Assembly: GCA_964036045.1 (NCBI GenBank)
Contig: OZ038378.1
Span: 196,354,001 to 196,418,000, forward strand
Reading direction: 5' to 3'
Origin: Eutreptiella sp. 'Long Island Sound 2002'
Taxonomy: Eukaryota; Protista; Euglenida
Length of the DNA: 64,000 bases
Positions 62,701-64,000 of the stretch are shown here, piece by piece. The translations under genes were made by a program, and so were the position numbers. Position 1 is the first letter of the stretch, and each line of letters opens with the position of its first letter. The notes under the pieces are model-generated. The model saw nothing but the letters and a program-made list of their open reading frames with translations. It had not been told where the DNA came from and searched no databases.

Positions 62701-64000
62701 TGCTTCCGGATCTAAGGACAAAAAGGATGTACACTCGACTCCGACAAGGCCCACAACTCCACCTCCGAACAGTTGCCTCCAAACGCTATTACAAGTTATT
62801 CTCATAAGGAAACCAATTTGTCGGAGAGAATGGAAGATGGAGTGGAACGTGCTCAATCACATCGGATTTTGATGCAGCATTCCGATGATCTTTAAGACTC
62901 TTTGGTGATGCGGGGGCACTTCGGAAGCTTGCCGCGTCCTTCAATCATTCACATGGACTTTGGCCAAGAAAGAAAAACCGCATGGCGTGACCTTGCGGAT
63001 TTCACGACATCACCGAAATTCGGCACCAAAATATGGTGTTAAGAGGGCAAGTAAGACATACTGAGGACAGGCATATTCGGGTCGTATTGCGGATGAGACA
63101 TCACAAGAGTCTTCGAGAATCTACACAATGGTGTGGACACAATAATGCTACGTGTGAGCAATGATGGAGCTATTCAAAGCAACCAATTGTCTAGACCGGA
63201 TGCTTGGGCGTCGCATGTTCGGCTCAAATGATTACAAGTCTTGATCTATTGCGTGCCCGACGAAGTTGTGATGTTGGCGTGACTCGACATGGGAAAGCCA
63301 GTAGCTTCGTGAGCCAAGCGTGCAACAGAGCACCAAGGACGACATGACTGTGCAAGAGGTAGTGGTACGTGTCCAAGCTGGGTGGTTCTCACTTATAGCT
63401 TTCACCATAGGGTCACCGTCAAGGCACCGTCTACCTCTATGTGCACACCTCCACTTTCTACTACCCTTGTCGAATGCCCATTTGGCGTGGTAGGTGGCAA
63501 TTGTTTATTCGTGTATGCAGTGAAATCCAAGTCCACCCATGGGTCGCCATTAAAAGTGGGGGGAGGATAATGGAATAGGGAGACCAGGAATCAGAGTGCA
63601 AGCCACCAGTTATGGGCAGGTGGTTACGGGTGAGGTAAGGGAAATAAGAGGCCTCGGCGTTCTTGTGTTGATCTTGCCACGTTCATTGTGTTCGATGTGC
63701 TGGTGTGTGCTGCATGTGTGGCAGTACCGCTAAGAGCACCGCTCCGTCGTGTCATGTTGTTTGTTGGTAGATGCACGGTGGCATTCAACGTATGTTGTGC
63801 GTGTGGTATTGACAGGATGTAGAGCACCGCTCCGTCTTGTCATGTTGTGTGTTGGGGGCAAGTAAGTGTGGTTCAAACGGAATGCGGGGCACCGCACTAT
63901 CGTTGCACTTGGGCACCGCACCACCCTGCTTGTGCCAACAAGTGTCGTGTGTGGTGTTGGCATGTGTTGTAATGTGGCGGCGGGCCGTGCTACCGTGGTA

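Noticed and set aside
1-64000. rRNA, spliced-leader RNA gene, intact tRNA genes, hammerhead ribozymes
   Set aside because: None recognised by eye. Covariance-model searches (Infernal/Rfam) would be needed to exclude them.

Overview
Eukaryotic, repeat-dense genomic DNA with large canonical GT-AG introns. A euglenoid-like protist is a tentative inference only, from co-oriented genes, splice acceptors just upstream of start codons and TTAGGG-like repeats. Four protein genes could be reconstructed by hand, all on the minus strand: an 11-exon TTC4/Cns1-like TPR co-chaperone (52872-62700), an intronless U-box + transmembrane protein (47842-49101), a two-exon FHA + CAMK kinase resembling CHK2/Rad53/Dun1 (29719-37059), and a multi-exon EF-hand + WD40 protein (at least 6167-20579, only partly resolved). 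Introns and intergenic DNA are filled with degenerate LINEs, a Penelope-like reverse transcriptase, two pogo-like TIR elements, MITEs, tRNA-derived repeats and mini/microsatellites. The most unusual structure is a 3.6-kb block (39143-42763) punctuated by 12 copies of a 22-bp palindrome, GTTTCACTGT(TG/CA/TA)ACAGTGAAAC. The copies are separated by unique 54-667 bp spacers holding decayed coding fragments and a tRNA-like sequence, and no cas genes are present. All exon coordinates and counts were derived by manual reading and need computational confirmation.
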